This document shows, one piece after another, positions 16,715 through 26,525 of a stretch of DNA of 33,937 bases. A program made the position numbers and the translations under genes. How positions within the stretch are numbered: position 1 is the stretch's first letter; each line of letters opens with the position of its first letter. This stretch comes from a virus. The stretch lies in IMG/VR virus record IMGVR_UViG_3300010882_000004, one strand, 5' to 3'. Under the pieces are notes generated by a model. The model saw only the letters and a program-made list of their open reading frames with translations. It was not told where the DNA came from and ran no database searches.

Positions 16715-17170
16715 ATGGCTACAACCCCACTATTTGTCGGAGTCGACGTTGTATGCAATGTCGAGTTCAAGGTTGGGACGAAAGGTGTTGCGTCAACCAA
16801 GACTGAGATGGTCACTCCCAAAGAGCTGACCTCTCTTTCAATGAGCATTGACGGCGGTGTTGAGGAGTGGACTCCAATGGACAGCGCCGGATGGCTCAGA
16901 CGCCTTGTCACGGCGAAGAACTGGACGATGAGCATTGCTGGCAAGCGCTACTATGGCGATCCGGGCAATGACTATCTCGATAGTCTCAAGTTCGCCATCG
17001 GGCAAGACGCATCGACCAAAATCTCGATCGGTCTACCTGATGGTTCGACCATCGAGCAAAACGTCGTCGCAAACATCACCGAGGTATTCGGTGAGTCCAC
17101 CGCCGTATCGGCGCTTGGACTGGACTTGATGAGTGACGGTGCTCCCACGATCACCCCACCTTCAAGCTAG
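16715..17170 (+). CDS. Major tail (tube) protein
   Basis: SD AAAGGAGAG upstream. 151 aa. Followed by a hairpin terminator and the chaperone pair. Confidence 0.7.
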   Translation: MATTPLFVGVDVVCNVEFKVGTKGVASTKTEMVTPKELTSLSMSIDGGVEEWTPMDSAGWLRRLVTAKNWTMSIAGKRYYGDPGNDYLDSLKFAIGQDASTKISIGLPDGSTIEQNVVANITEVFGESTAVSALGLDLMSDGAPTITPPSS

Positions 17171-17192
17171 GAACTACCTGACATACACGTAT

Positions 17193-17233
17193 GAGGGGCG
17201 GTGCTTTGTGTATGGGCGCCGCCTCTCACTTTT
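17193..17233 (+). terminator. Hairpin terminator or attenuator after the tail tube gene
   Basis: GAGGGGCGG pairs with CCGCCTCTC (one G-U pair), then ACTTTT. Confidence 0.5.
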
Positions 17234-17246
17234 GAAAGGAATTGCA

Positions 17247-17576
17247 ATGAGCAAAGTTGTCGATATCACAAGCCGACTGAGAACAGAAGAACTGTTCATC
17301 AAAATCGGCGATAAGCTCTACAAGGTCAACAACGGACGCACAAACGTTTTAGCGGTTATGAAGTTTGTGAAGGAATCCCCCGAAGACGATGTCGAAGCGC
17401 TCGAGCAAGGTTTGGACATGCTTTTAGGAAAGGGCTGTGTCAAGAAAATCGAGAAGGATCTCGGTGTCAAAGAGCTGTCGTTTTACTCGTATCAGATGCT
17501 GATAGAGTCAACTCTTGAAGCAGCGACAGGAAACGAGGGCTCCGCCGCCGAAGGCGACGGGTTTCAAAAGTCCTAG
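17247..17576 (+). CDS. Tail assembly chaperone (gpG analogue)
   Basis: Position between the tube and tape measure genes. 109 aa, acidic. Confidence 0.7.
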   Translation: MSKVVDITSRLRTEELFIKIGDKLYKVNNGRTNVLAVMKFVKESPEDDVEALEQGLDMLLGKGCVKKIEKDLGVKELSFYSYQMLIESTLEAATGNEGSAAEGDGFQKS

Positions 17577-17901
17577 CTTTTACGACTTATTTGAAGATTA
17601 CGACCTGATCGTTGCGTCGTTTGCGACGCAATACGGTATCAGGCTACAGATAGAAGACGATATGGATTTCCGCGAATTCGCGCAACTGCTCACTGGACTC
17701 AACGGCGACACTCCACTTGGTAACGTCGTGCGCATCCGCTCAGAGACCGATCCGAAACGCATCAAGGATTTCAGTCCTGCCGAGCGCCTGATTCGTGACA
17801 GGTGGAGGGAAAAACACGCCAAAGCGCCGTCGCTTGCTGTGCAGAAATCAAATGCTGCAGCACTGGTAGGCGCATTCAAACAGATAGCAAGAAACAACTG
17901 A
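17515..17901 (+). CDS. Tail assembly chaperone extension (gpT analogue, Gp15-like); probably made by recoding from 17247..17576
   Basis: No ATG or SD. Overlaps the gpG analogue by 62 nt in the +1 (= -2) frame. Motif DYDLIVASFATQYGIRL...FREFAQLLTGL. Confidence 0.55.
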   Translation: MKQRQETRAPPPKATGFKSPSFYDLFEDYDLIVASFATQYGIRLQIEDDMDFREFAQLLTGLNGDTPLGNVVRIRSETDPKRIKDFSPAERLIRDRWREKHAKAPSLAVQKSNAAALVGAFKQIARNN

Positions 17902-17916
17902 GAGCGAGGTGAGTAG

Positions 17917-20900
17917 ATGGCAACAACGGCTGGCCGAATCAATTTCGACATCGGATTTGATAAAGGCAGATTAGACGCGATGTGCAATTCTGGCGCTACG
18001 TCTATCAGATCGAAGCTGACGCAGCCGTTTGACGCTGCTCGTAATTCGTGCAGGGGCTTTATCGGCGAAGCGATGAAGATGGGCAAGATTACCGCTATCG
18101 CCGCAAGTGTCGGGGCTGCCCTCTCCCAGCTCGTTCTCGGTGCGCTGCGCAAGATTGGGTCGCTGATAAGCGATGTGGTCAAGCGTGTGGACACGCTCAA
18201 TAACTTCCCCGCCATCATGAAGAATATGGGGATCTCGGCGGCTGAATCGTCTCAGACGATCAAATACCTCGCCGACAAGCTCATCGGGCTTCCCACCGCT
18301 CTTGACGACGCAACACTTAGCGTCCAGCGCTTCATGGCCAAAAACGGTAACCTCAGAGCTTCAACCGAGATGTTTTTGGCGATGAACAATGCAATCATCG
18401 CCGGAAACGCCCCGATAGAGCTTCAGCGCAGCGCCGTCGAGCAACTGACACAGGCTTATTCGAAGGGCAAGCCAGACATGATGGAGTGGCGCTCAATGAT
18501 CAGTGCCATGCCAGCCCAGCTGACCCAAGTAGCGCGAAGTATGGGCATGGTCGATGCCGACGCGCTGGGAGCTTCGCTTCGTGACGGTTCTGTCTCGATG
18601 AATCAGTTCATGGGCGAGATCATGAAGCTCAACAAAGAGGGGGTCGACGGCTTTGCCTCGTTCGAGCAACAGGCACGAGAAGCCGCCGGTGGCATCGCCA
18701 CCTCATGGACTAATTTGCGAACCGCTATCGTGCGCGGACTGGCAAACATCGTCGACGCCATCGGGCAAGCCAATATCGCCGGATTCATCCAGATGATCAC
18801 ACGGGCGGTCAACAGGCTCATGACAGGGCTTGTGGCACTTACCAATATCGCCATGCGTGCGGTAGCTGCCATAGCCGCCCTGTTCGGCAAGAAGATCAGT
18901 GTGGGCGCCCAAGGGGTTACCGATGCCGTATCCGATATCGGTGCTGGGGTCGGTGCCGCCTCAGACGAGCTCGATGATATGGCGGGTTCTGCCGCCGATG
19001 TAGGCACATCAGCCAAGAAATCAGCCAAAGAAGCCATGAAAGCCCTGATGGGCTTTGACAAGATCAACCGTCTCAATGCTCCCGCAGTGGGTGCGGACGA
19101 TGTTGGTGGCGGTGGCGGTGGCGGTGGCGCCGGAGGCATCGGTGATCTCGGAGCACTCGACTTCGACACGTCTCCTGCAGAAAAAGCAATCGATAAGATC
19201 AAAAGCAAGCTCGAGTCATTCTTCGATCCCATCAAGTATGCATGGCAGACCAAAGGTGTAAAAGTCGTCGAGGCGTTCAAATATGCCTGGTCAAGTGTCG
19301 GCACCCTGTTCTCGCTCATCGGTCAGAGCTTTAACGCTATCTGGCAAAACGGAACAGGGCAGACAACCTGCGCCATCATCTTGCAGATCATCACCAATAT
19401 CTTTAACACCATCGGAAACATCGCGAACCAATGGAGCAGAGCTTGGCTATCTGAAAACGGGCAGAAGGGTCTGCAAGCCATCTGGGATGCAGCAAACAAT
19501 GTCCTCTCATTGGTGGAGCGTATCACTAAGGCGATCGAGAACTGGTGGGCATCAGATACCGCCGCCGAGTTTACCAACAAGCTGGTCGAGAACTTCGTCC
19601 GTGTATCTGAAGCGGTCAAGCGTATCACCGACAAGATCCTTGAAATCTGGGACGGTGGCGGAGAGCGGGTGTTTAACTGCATCCTCAACATCGGAAGCGA
19701 CATCATCGGTATCGTGTCTGACATCGTTGCGGCATTTGCCGAATGGGTCGACGAACACCTCGATGTTGAGAAGACCTCCGGTGTGCTCAACACCGTTGCC
19801 GACTGGCTCGACAAGATCCATGGCTGGCTTTCCAAGATAGATATCAACAAAGATAACGTCGGACGCATCATCGGAGCTGTTGCCACCTTTGGCGGTGCGA
19901 TGGTACTCAAGGGTGTGTACGACAAAATCGTCGATATTGGGACCGGCCTTAAGGATCTCGGAGCCAAGCTTAAGGATGCTAAAGATGGCTTTGTGTGGCT
20001 CAAAGATCATCTCGGCGATATCGCGACCAAGTTCAAAGATGCCGCAACCAACGTAGCAGAATTAGCGACTAATCTGGGAAGCAAACTCAAAGACGGTATC
20101 TCATTCTTGGCTGATAAAGGCAAAGAGGCATGGGACGCAATCGCCGGTATGGCGATCAGCTTCCTTGACGCGGCAAAGAACGCGGCGGCTTCAGCAATCG
20201 AGTTTTTGGCGGCGGCAGCAGCAAACGCAGCGCAAGCAGTACAGGCTGGAATTGCGGCGGCAGCCCAGTGGTTGCTCAATACCGCATTTCTTGGATGTCC
20301 AATTATCTGGATCATTGCAGCTATCGTAGCCCTTATCGCCATCATTGTGGTATGCATCAAGCATTGGGACGATATCAAGGAAGCCGCATCCAAATGCTGG
20401 GACTGGATCAAAGGTATTTGGGGTAAGGTTGCTGACTGGTTCAAATCATCTGTAGTCGAGCCTATTAAGAATCTCTTTGCAAATATCTGGAACAATATCA
20501 AGGAGATCTTCTCATCAATCGGTACCTGGTTCAAGGATCGCTTCTCCGAAGCTTGGGAAAACATCAAGGCTGTTTTTTCGGTTATCGGTACCTGGTTCAA
20601 GGATCGCTGGAATGATGTGGTAAAAGTATTCAGTGTTGTCGGAACTTGGTATAAGGACCGATTCACCGAGGCCTGGAACAATATCAAGGCTGTTTTTTCA
20701 GCGATAGGAACCTGGGCGAAGGACAGATGGACTGATATCACAAAAGTCTTTGAGGTAGCAAACACCTGGTTCAAGGATAAGTTCACCGCCGCGTGGACCG
20801 CAATAAAGAACGTGTTTAGCTCCGTCGGTTCATTCTTTGGCGGTCTTTGGGACACCATCAAGTCTAAATTCACGAATATCGGTCAGTCGGTCGGTGATGC

Positions 20901-21327
20901 GGTGTCTGGTGCCTTCCGAGGTGCCGTAAACGCCATAATCGGATTTGCCGAAAACACTATCAACGGATTTATCCGCAGTATCAACTGGGCGATCTCGATG
21001 ATCAACAAGATCCCCGGCGTGAGTGTCGGCCGACTTTCCGAGCTCTATGTGCCAAGACTGGCGCAGGGTGGATTTGTCGAGGCGAACACACCGCAACTGG
21101 CAGTCGTTGGAGATAACAAGCGTGAGGGCGAGATCATCGCGCCAGAGTCCAAGATTGCCCAAGCGGTAGCAGCGGGAGTCTCAGAAGCACTCAAATCAAT
21201 GGGCGGCTCAGAGCAATCGATTGTGATTCCGATATATCTGGACAGCCTTGAGATAGCCCGTCATGTCATGGGTCAAGGTGAGCTCAATGCTGTAAGGAGT
21301 GGTGGCTATGGCTTTGCTAATTGCTAA
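17917..21327 (+). CDS. Tape measure protein
   Basis: 1136 aa. Gly run, TM segment IIWIIAAIVALIAIIVVCI, and W/F-periodic repeats (TWFKDRFSEAW...). Confidence 0.9.
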   Translation: MATTAGRINFDIGFDKGRLDAMCNSGATSIRSKLTQPFDAARNSCRGFIGEAMKMGKITAIAASVGAALSQLVLGALRKIGSLISDVVKRVDTLNNFPAIMKNMGISAAESSQTIKYLADKLIGLPTALDDATLSVQRFMAKNGNLRASTEMFLAMNNAIIAGNAPIELQRSAVEQLTQAYSKGKPDMMEWRSMISAMPAQLTQVARSMGMVDADALGASLRDGSVSMNQFMGEIMKLNKEGVDGFASFEQQAREAAGGIATSWTNLRTAIVRGLANIVDAIGQANIAGFIQMITRAVNRLMTGLVALTNIAMRAVAAIAALFGKKISVGAQGVTDAVSDIGAGVGAASDELDDMAGSAADVGTSAKKSAKEAMKALMGFDKINRLNAPAVGADDVGGGGGGGGAGGIGDLGALDFDTSPAEKAIDKIKSKLESFFDPIKYAWQTKGVKVVEAFKYAWSSVGTLFSLIGQSFNAIWQNGTGQTTCAIILQIITNIFNTIGNIANQWSRAWLSENGQKGLQAIWDAANNVLSLVERITKAIENWWASDTAAEFTNKLVENFVRVSEAVKRITDKILEIWDGGGERVFNCILNIGSDIIGIVSDIVAAFAEWVDEHLDVEKTSGVLNTVADWLDKIHGWLSKIDINKDNVGRIIGAVATFGGAMVLKGVYDKIVDIGTGLKDLGAKLKDAKDGFVWLKDHLGDIATKFKDAATNVAELATNLGSKLKDGISFLADKGKEAWDAIAGMAISFLDAAKNAAASAIEFLAAAAANAAQAVQAGIAAAAQWLLNTAFLGCPIIWIIAAIVALIAIIVVCIKHWDDIKEAASKCWDWIKGIWGKVADWFKSSVVEPIKNLFANIWNNIKEIFSSIGTWFKDRFSEAWENIKAVFSVIGTWFKDRWNDVVKVFSVVGTWYKDRFTEAWNNIKAVFSAIGTWAKDRWTDITKVFEVANTWFKDKFTAAWTAIKNVFSSVGSFFGGLWDTIKSKFTNIGQSVGDAVSGAFRGAVNAIIGFAENTINGFIRSINWAISMINKIPGVSVGRLSELYVPRLAQGGFVEANTPQLAVVGDNKREGEIIAPESKIAQAVAAGVSEALKSMGGSEQSIVIPIYLDSLEIARHVMGQGELNAVRSGGYGFANC

Positions 21328-21667
21328 CGGAGTCACCATGCCGGAAGGCAAGATGACCGAATACACCGTCAAGCTCGAAGATGTCGACGGTCCGAATTCT
21401 GGTCGTGGAGAAAACGGCGTGATGGTCAGAGACAGGGTGCGTAGTGGCATTCACACCATCGCGGTCACCTTCGAGATGCTTACCAAGGCACAGGCAAGCC
21501 AGATACTGAGCGCGATAGAGCCCGCGTCGTTTAACTGCATCTATCACGACACCAAGACAGCAACCACCAAGACGGGACTGTTTTATGCGGCCGATGAGGG
21601 TCATGATCTGACCGCAAATATCGACAACAGTTACTGGTCGGGCAAGCTGACCTTCGTGGAGTTCTGA
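21308..21667 (+). CDS. Distal tail or baseplate protein, small
   Basis: SD AAGGAG upstream. Located directly after the tape measure gene. 119 aa. Confidence 0.5.
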   Translation: MALLIANGVTMPEGKMTEYTVKLEDVDGPNSGRGENGVMVRDRVRSGIHTIAVTFEMLTKAQASQILSAIEPASFNCIYHDTKTATTKTGLFYAADEGHDLTANIDNSYWSGKLTFVEF

Positions 21668-21668
21668 C

Positions 21669-23237
21669 ATGCAGACGACGCAAGCCTACAAAGATGCCAT
21701 CACCGCGCTCTCGCGCGAGTACACTCTCTCGGGCACCATCGGCGACTATGCCTTTACCGAGGCAAATGTCATGCCGGGAACACTCAAGATAGACAACAAG
21801 GCGGTGTATAACTCTGCATTCGAGTTCGGCGCATGCTACATGGGGCTTTTGGAGGTCACGCTGCGCGGTCTTGAAATCGATCGGCTCACTGCGATCGAGC
21901 TGCCTGTCGAGCTGACGTTTACTTTGAGGACGCTTGACGGGACCTTTGACGTCCCACTAGGGCTCTACCGAGTGATAGAGGCTGATCGTGCAGCCGGTGA
22001 CGCGGTATCGATCAAGGCTCTTGACCGAATGTACCGCTTTGAGATACCTCTACCGGAGGTAACAACCGATGACGAGCAAGATGATGAGGGTCTCGGACAA
22101 AGCGCTTCGCTGCCCTTTATCGGGGAAGGGGATGCCTACAGTATCATCACCATGGCTTGTGAGATATGCAACGTGGAGCTGGCGACCACCGAACAAGAAA
22201 TCAACGCGATGCCTAACGCTTCGAGGATATTCAAGATACTAGTAGATGCCTCGATGCAGCGATGGCTCGATGTGCTGGTCAATCTTCTCGCATGGCTTGG
22301 CGCGTTTGGAACCATCAACCGAGAAGGCCAGCTTGAGGTCAGACAATTCTTTGAGGGTGATTCTCATGCTATCCACCCAGATCATATCAAGACAAGCAAG
22401 ATCGCTGACGTCGATACGACCTTTAATGCGGTCTCGGCGAAAAGCGGAGGGCGCACCCTTCTCGTCACGTTAGATGATCTGGAGACCGGAGAGGTCGGCT
22501 CTCGCGGCATGACACTGTCTTTGGGTGAGAATCAGTTCGCGATGTATGATGCCAACGAAAACACCGAGGATATGCTCTCAGAGCTTCTCGACTACATCAA
22601 GGATATCGCTTATACGCCTTTTCAGGTCACATTTACCGGAGACCCCTCATTCGAGCTGGGAGAGCCCGTGTCAGCTCTCACGAGAAGCGGTGAGGTGCAA
22701 AGCGTTATAACTGCCATGACTTGGCGCTATGGTGGCTCTCATGACGTCATAGGAGTTGGGGAGAACATCGCCACAGCAGGTGGTGGCTTCACCCAAAAGC
22801 AGGTGGCAAGCAAACTCGCAGAGATCGGTTCTGCCATCATGCGCATGGAAGACCGCCTCATGCTCTATGTCGAGGGTGAGAGTAGCAAGACGATCTCACT
22901 TCTTGAGCAAACTGCGACAGATCTAACACTGACGTTTGAATCGATATTAGATAGTATCAACGAACTTGGTGATGACGTTGAAGCCGATCTCGAGAACCTG
23001 CGTGTGTTCTTTCGCTTCTCACAAGACGGCATTGTGCTCGGAAGAAGCGACAGTCCGTTTCAAGTTCTTTTGAAAAACGATCGAATCTCCTTTATGGAGG
23101 AAGGACAAGAGGTCGCATACATCTCGGACAAGATGCTCTACATCACTGTCGCTGAAATACTCGAATCACTACGGCTTGGTCCTTATGCGTTCATGCCGCG
23201 TTCAAACGGCAATATGAGCCTCGTGTGGATAGGATAG
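21669..23237 (+). CDS. Tail or baseplate protein (Tal-like or Gp37-like)
   Basis: 522 aa. Call is by synteny. The C-terminal segment ISFMEEGQEVAYISDKMLYITVAEILESLRLGPYAFMPRSNGNMSLVW is typical of siphovirus tail tip proteins. Confidence 0.6.
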   Translation: MQTTQAYKDAITALSREYTLSGTIGDYAFTEANVMPGTLKIDNKAVYNSAFEFGACYMGLLEVTLRGLEIDRLTAIELPVELTFTLRTLDGTFDVPLGLYRVIEADRAAGDAVSIKALDRMYRFEIPLPEVTTDDEQDDEGLGQSASLPFIGEGDAYSIITMACEICNVELATTEQEINAMPNASRIFKILVDASMQRWLDVLVNLLAWLGAFGTINREGQLEVRQFFEGDSHAIHPDHIKTSKIADVDTTFNAVSAKSGGRTLLVTLDDLETGEVGSRGMTLSLGENQFAMYDANENTEDMLSELLDYIKDIAYTPFQVTFTGDPSFELGEPVSALTRSGEVQSVITAMTWRYGGSHDVIGVGENIATAGGGFTQKQVASKLAEIGSAIMRMEDRLMLYVEGESSKTISLLEQTATDLTLTFESILDSINELGDDVEADLENLRVFFRFSQDGIVLGRSDSPFQVLLKNDRISFMEEGQEVAYISDKMLYITVAEILESLRLGPYAFMPRSNGNMSLVWIG

Positions 23238-23240
23238 TCG

Positions 23241-25196
23241 ATGGCATTACAAGGCAGGATTCAGACCGCAACGGCATCAGGTGCTGGTGGTGCGTATTTC
23301 TACATCTCATGGACCGCGACACAAAACATCGCGAAGAATCAGTCAACGGTCAAATGGACCGCTGGGCTTCACAACGGTACGGTTCGCTGGTTCAACCTGG
23401 CTGTTCAGCTGCTCTCAGGAAGCCGTATCGGGCTGTCTGGGATAGCTCCCGCAACATATTCGTACCTAGAGGCGTTAAATGTCGATATTCCCCTGCAATC
23501 GGGCTCTTTTACTATCACTCACGATGCGAATGGCTATGCTGATTTCGATGCGAACCTCAGGGGGTGGCTGTTCAGCGTCGGTAACCTCTCGGCGGACAAG
23601 CAGTTTACCCTCAACCAGATCAAGAGGGCGAGCAGCTTTACGCTCACCTCAGATGTTACTCTTGTCGGAGGATCTGGGACGACCGGTCCGACAGGCAGAA
23701 GCACGGTCAGCATCACACGTGAGGTCGCGGCTACGACACACTCTATCAAGTGGGTGCTTGGCACCAAGAGCTATACGATCAGTCAGGCAACCCAGGGGAC
23801 GTCGACGACCGCTTCCTACAATCCGCCTGTCTCGTGGAACGATGAGATACCCAATGCTGAGACGAAGACGGGCACCGTTACCGTCACGACATATCTGAGC
23901 GGCTCTCAGCTAGGTTCGGCTGTGACCAAGAACTGGACTGCGCGGGTCCCAGATCAAGCCCCCTATCTGCCGACTATCGGAGATTTTACCGATACCAGGG
24001 TTAACAACGCTCTATCGCCGGCAATTCCGTCCGGTTGGAATGAGTACGTCCAAGACAGAAGCAGGTCAACTCTTGCAATCACTGGTGCGGTTGCAGGAGC
24101 CGGAGCGACAATAAAAGCGTACAAGATAGCCGGTCATGGGTTCTCGACTGCGGCGTCAACCGCCTCAGCAACGACAAGCGTTATCACCCAGTCCGGAAAT
24201 ATCGTCTACACCGCCACGGTGACTGACTCTCGAGGTCGCAGTGTAAATAAGACGGTGCCCATTACAGTAAGGCCCTATGAGCAACCTCAGCTCAAGGACT
24301 ATTCGGCCCAAAGAAGCGACGTAACCGGCTCTGCGCAAGACGATGGGCAATACATCAACATCAAGATGGATGCGTGCAGCTACAGCACCGTCAACTCGAA
24401 AAACACCGCTACCGCAACCGCTCGATGGCGTGCAGTTGGCACTACTTCATGGTCTAGCGCCACAACTCTGAGTGGTTGGGCGTCACCAGGCGGAACCACG
24501 CTTGGCGCAGGTGCGATCAGTAACAATTTGTCCTACGAGGTCCAGTTGACTTTCGCTGACTACTTTATCACGCAGTCAGCGATCGTGGTGGTCCCGACAG
24601 CGTATACCACGATGGACTTTAAAGCCGGTGGCAGAGGCGTGGCTATAGGTAAGGTCTCAGAATACGATGACCTACTCGATGTGGGCATGGATGCAAGATT
24701 TCGTGGTGTGGCGACGTTCGATAATCCCATTTCTGGACTTATCAACGTTTCGGAGCGAACATATCCAACGACTGCAATAACAGCTACAGCAGGTGGTTCA
24801 TCGGTGACGGTCACACGCAATTACGCAACGCTCACAAGATATTCAGATGGCTACATACAGCTAGAGCTCGATCTAACACTAGGTAATATAGCCTGGGCGG
24901 CGCCGAATGCCCAAACAGGTGGTTTCTATAATCAGACAGTAAACTTCACGATTCCAACAGTAATGAGTCCTTTCAGCACGAGTTACACGCCGATGGTGGT
25001 CGCGACTGGTGGGCACAACATCGGGAACACACAGACAATGGGGACCTTCGCTATTGGAGCAGATTATACGGTGTCGACCAGGATTCTTAGAGTCCATATT
25101 GTAAACTCCGCCCCAACCAATTCGGGGGCACCGAACTATACGATCGTGGCTACTCCAGCCAGATTAAAGCTGATTGTAGTCGGTAGAGCCGCGTAA
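23241..25196 (+). CDS. DUF859-like minor structural protein (putative fibre or receptor-binding protein)
   Basis: The N-terminal pattern YFYISWTATQNIAKNQSTVKW...SGSFTITHDANGYADF...NQIKRAS resembles DUF859. Thr/Ser-rich. 651 aa. Confidence 0.6.
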   Translation: MALQGRIQTATASGAGGAYFYISWTATQNIAKNQSTVKWTAGLHNGTVRWFNLAVQLLSGSRIGLSGIAPATYSYLEALNVDIPLQSGSFTITHDANGYADFDANLRGWLFSVGNLSADKQFTLNQIKRASSFTLTSDVTLVGGSGTTGPTGRSTVSITREVAATTHSIKWVLGTKSYTISQATQGTSTTASYNPPVSWNDEIPNAETKTGTVTVTTYLSGSQLGSAVTKNWTARVPDQAPYLPTIGDFTDTRVNNALSPAIPSGWNEYVQDRSRSTLAITGAVAGAGATIKAYKIAGHGFSTAASTASATTSVITQSGNIVYTATVTDSRGRSVNKTVPITVRPYEQPQLKDYSAQRSDVTGSAQDDGQYINIKMDACSYSTVNSKNTATATARWRAVGTTSWSSATTLSGWASPGGTTLGAGAISNNLSYEVQLTFADYFITQSAIVVVPTAYTTMDFKAGGRGVAIGKVSEYDDLLDVGMDARFRGVATFDNPISGLINVSERTYPTTAITATAGGSSVTVTRNYATLTRYSDGYIQLELDLTLGNIAWAAPNAQTGGFYNQTVNFTIPTVMSPFSTSYTPMVVATGGHNIGNTQTMGTFAIGADYTVSTRILRVHIVNSAPTNSGAPNYTIVATPARLKLIVVGRAA

Positions 25197-25217
25197 GCTC
25201 TACTGCTTAAACATCCG

Positions 25218-25240
25218 AGCCGCAGCTAGGCGGCTTTTTA
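25218..25240 (+). terminator. Rho-independent terminator
   Basis: Stem AGCCGC / GCGGCT followed by TTTTT. Confidence 0.65.
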
Positions 25241-25258
25241 CATGGACAGGAGGAAATC

Positions 25259-26266
25259 ATGGCACTTAGCAAAATCCAAAAGGCAGTCGAGATCATGAGG
25301 CACTTAGTCACCCATGACGGAGACGCAGGACACGGATACGATCAGATCTACAGATGGGGTGATGGGACGACCGAGGTCATCACGCTATCTGATGGAACTA
25401 AAGTCACCGTACCAAACGGCGATTTCGACTGTTCCAGTGCGATCATCACCGCCTACAAATTGGCAGGAATCAACACCAACAATGCGAGTTATACCGGCAA
25501 CATGAGTAACCTGCTCTGTGCCACTGGTGCGTTCGTGCGCAAACCGGTCTCATTCATCGCATCGCCAGGTGATGCCTACCTACATGACCAGTATCATGTG
25601 GCGATGTGCTTATCACAGGTACCCGACAGATTGATGGAGTTTTCCATCAATGAGAAAGGTGGTATCGCAGGTGGCAAGAAGGGAGATCAGACTGGACGCG
25701 AATCTGCAATCAACAATTATTACAATTACCCTTGGACGTGCATTCTTCGCTATGTTGGCGCTGAACAAACACCGACACCGGTACCAATACCATCACAGCC
25801 ACCGCAACCGACACCGCCCACCAATTATGGGAGCGGAGTTGAGTACGAGGTCCACACCCGCAAGCATGGATGGCTCGGTCCGGTAAGTGAAGCGTCGGAT
25901 AACCTGGCGACTGGATACGCTGGTTGGCAAAGCGAACCGATCGATGGCATCCGAGCACGTCGCAAAGACGGCAAGCCATTGACGATCACCACGCTCATGA
26001 GCGGTGAGACCAAGTTCCTCAACACCACTACGTTTACTAACTCGCTGTTCGGAAAGAACAAAGAGGGCGACGGATACGCGGGAGATATCAACTCCGGCCG
26101 TCACATCGTTGGGCTTAAGGTCACAGGTTGCGATCTGCGTGTCGCTGTTGCTGGCCAGCCCTATTTCGGGTGGCTGGAAAATGGCAAGACACCAGAGGGT
26201 GATGATTTCGCTGGTGACGATGTCGGTAAGAATCGTCCGATCGTTGCAGTGCAAATGAAAGTGTAG
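25259..26266 (+). CDS. Endolysin: papain-like (NlpC/P60 or CHAP-type) peptidoglycan hydrolase, Pro-rich linker, ChW-like wall-binding repeats
   Basis: Candidate Cys nucleophile in DFDCSSAIITAY and downstream His in QYHVAM. Linker TPTPVPIPSQPPQPTPP. C-terminal VEYEVHTRKHGWLGPV... repeats. Confidence 0.65.
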   Translation: MALSKIQKAVEIMRHLVTHDGDAGHGYDQIYRWGDGTTEVITLSDGTKVTVPNGDFDCSSAIITAYKLAGINTNNASYTGNMSNLLCATGAFVRKPVSFIASPGDAYLHDQYHVAMCLSQVPDRLMEFSINEKGGIAGGKKGDQTGRESAINNYYNYPWTCILRYVGAEQTPTPVPIPSQPPQPTPPTNYGSGVEYEVHTRKHGWLGPVSEASDNLATGYAGWQSEPIDGIRARRKDGKPLTITTLMSGETKFLNTTTFTNSLFGKNKEGDGYAGDINSGRHIVGLKVTGCDLRVAVAGQPYFGWLENGKTPEGDDFAGDDVGKNRPIVAVQMKV

Positions 26267-26279
26267 GGAGGTAGGCGCG

Positions 26280-26525
26280 ATGTATTTGATACCGTTTTTC
26301 AGGGATTGCCCTGATTGGATGAGCTACGCATTCTGGCGTGGTTACAGAACCTGGTGGCAGACGTTTCCATCCGCTTTGCTTGCGTGGCTTCTCATCTATC
26401 TGGATGCTGGTTGGGACTGGCGCGTGTTTATATCAGTGGCACTTATCCCGCCTTCTGCGGCTACTTTGGGCTGGTTTTCCAACCGAGCGGCTCAAGAGGA
26501 TCTTGAAATGGATAGTGAACAGTAA
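26280..26525 (+). CDS. Holin (two TM segments)
   Basis: 81 aa. Two hydrophobic helices and a charged C-terminus. Adjacent to the endolysin gene. Confidence 0.6.
   Translation: MYLIPFFRDCPDWMSYAFWRGYRTWWQTFPSALLAWLLIYLDAGWDWRVFISVALIPPSAATLGWFSNRAAQEDLEMDSEQ

Noticed and set aside
18603-20873. Three long minus-strand ORFs (238, 226 and 288 aa) inside the tape measure gene
   Set aside because: They are antisense to a clearly coding 1136-aa gene. Their low-complexity Ala/Ser/Pro-rich translations are typical of the reverse frame of repeat-rich, GC-biased genes. They have no ribosome-binding sites.
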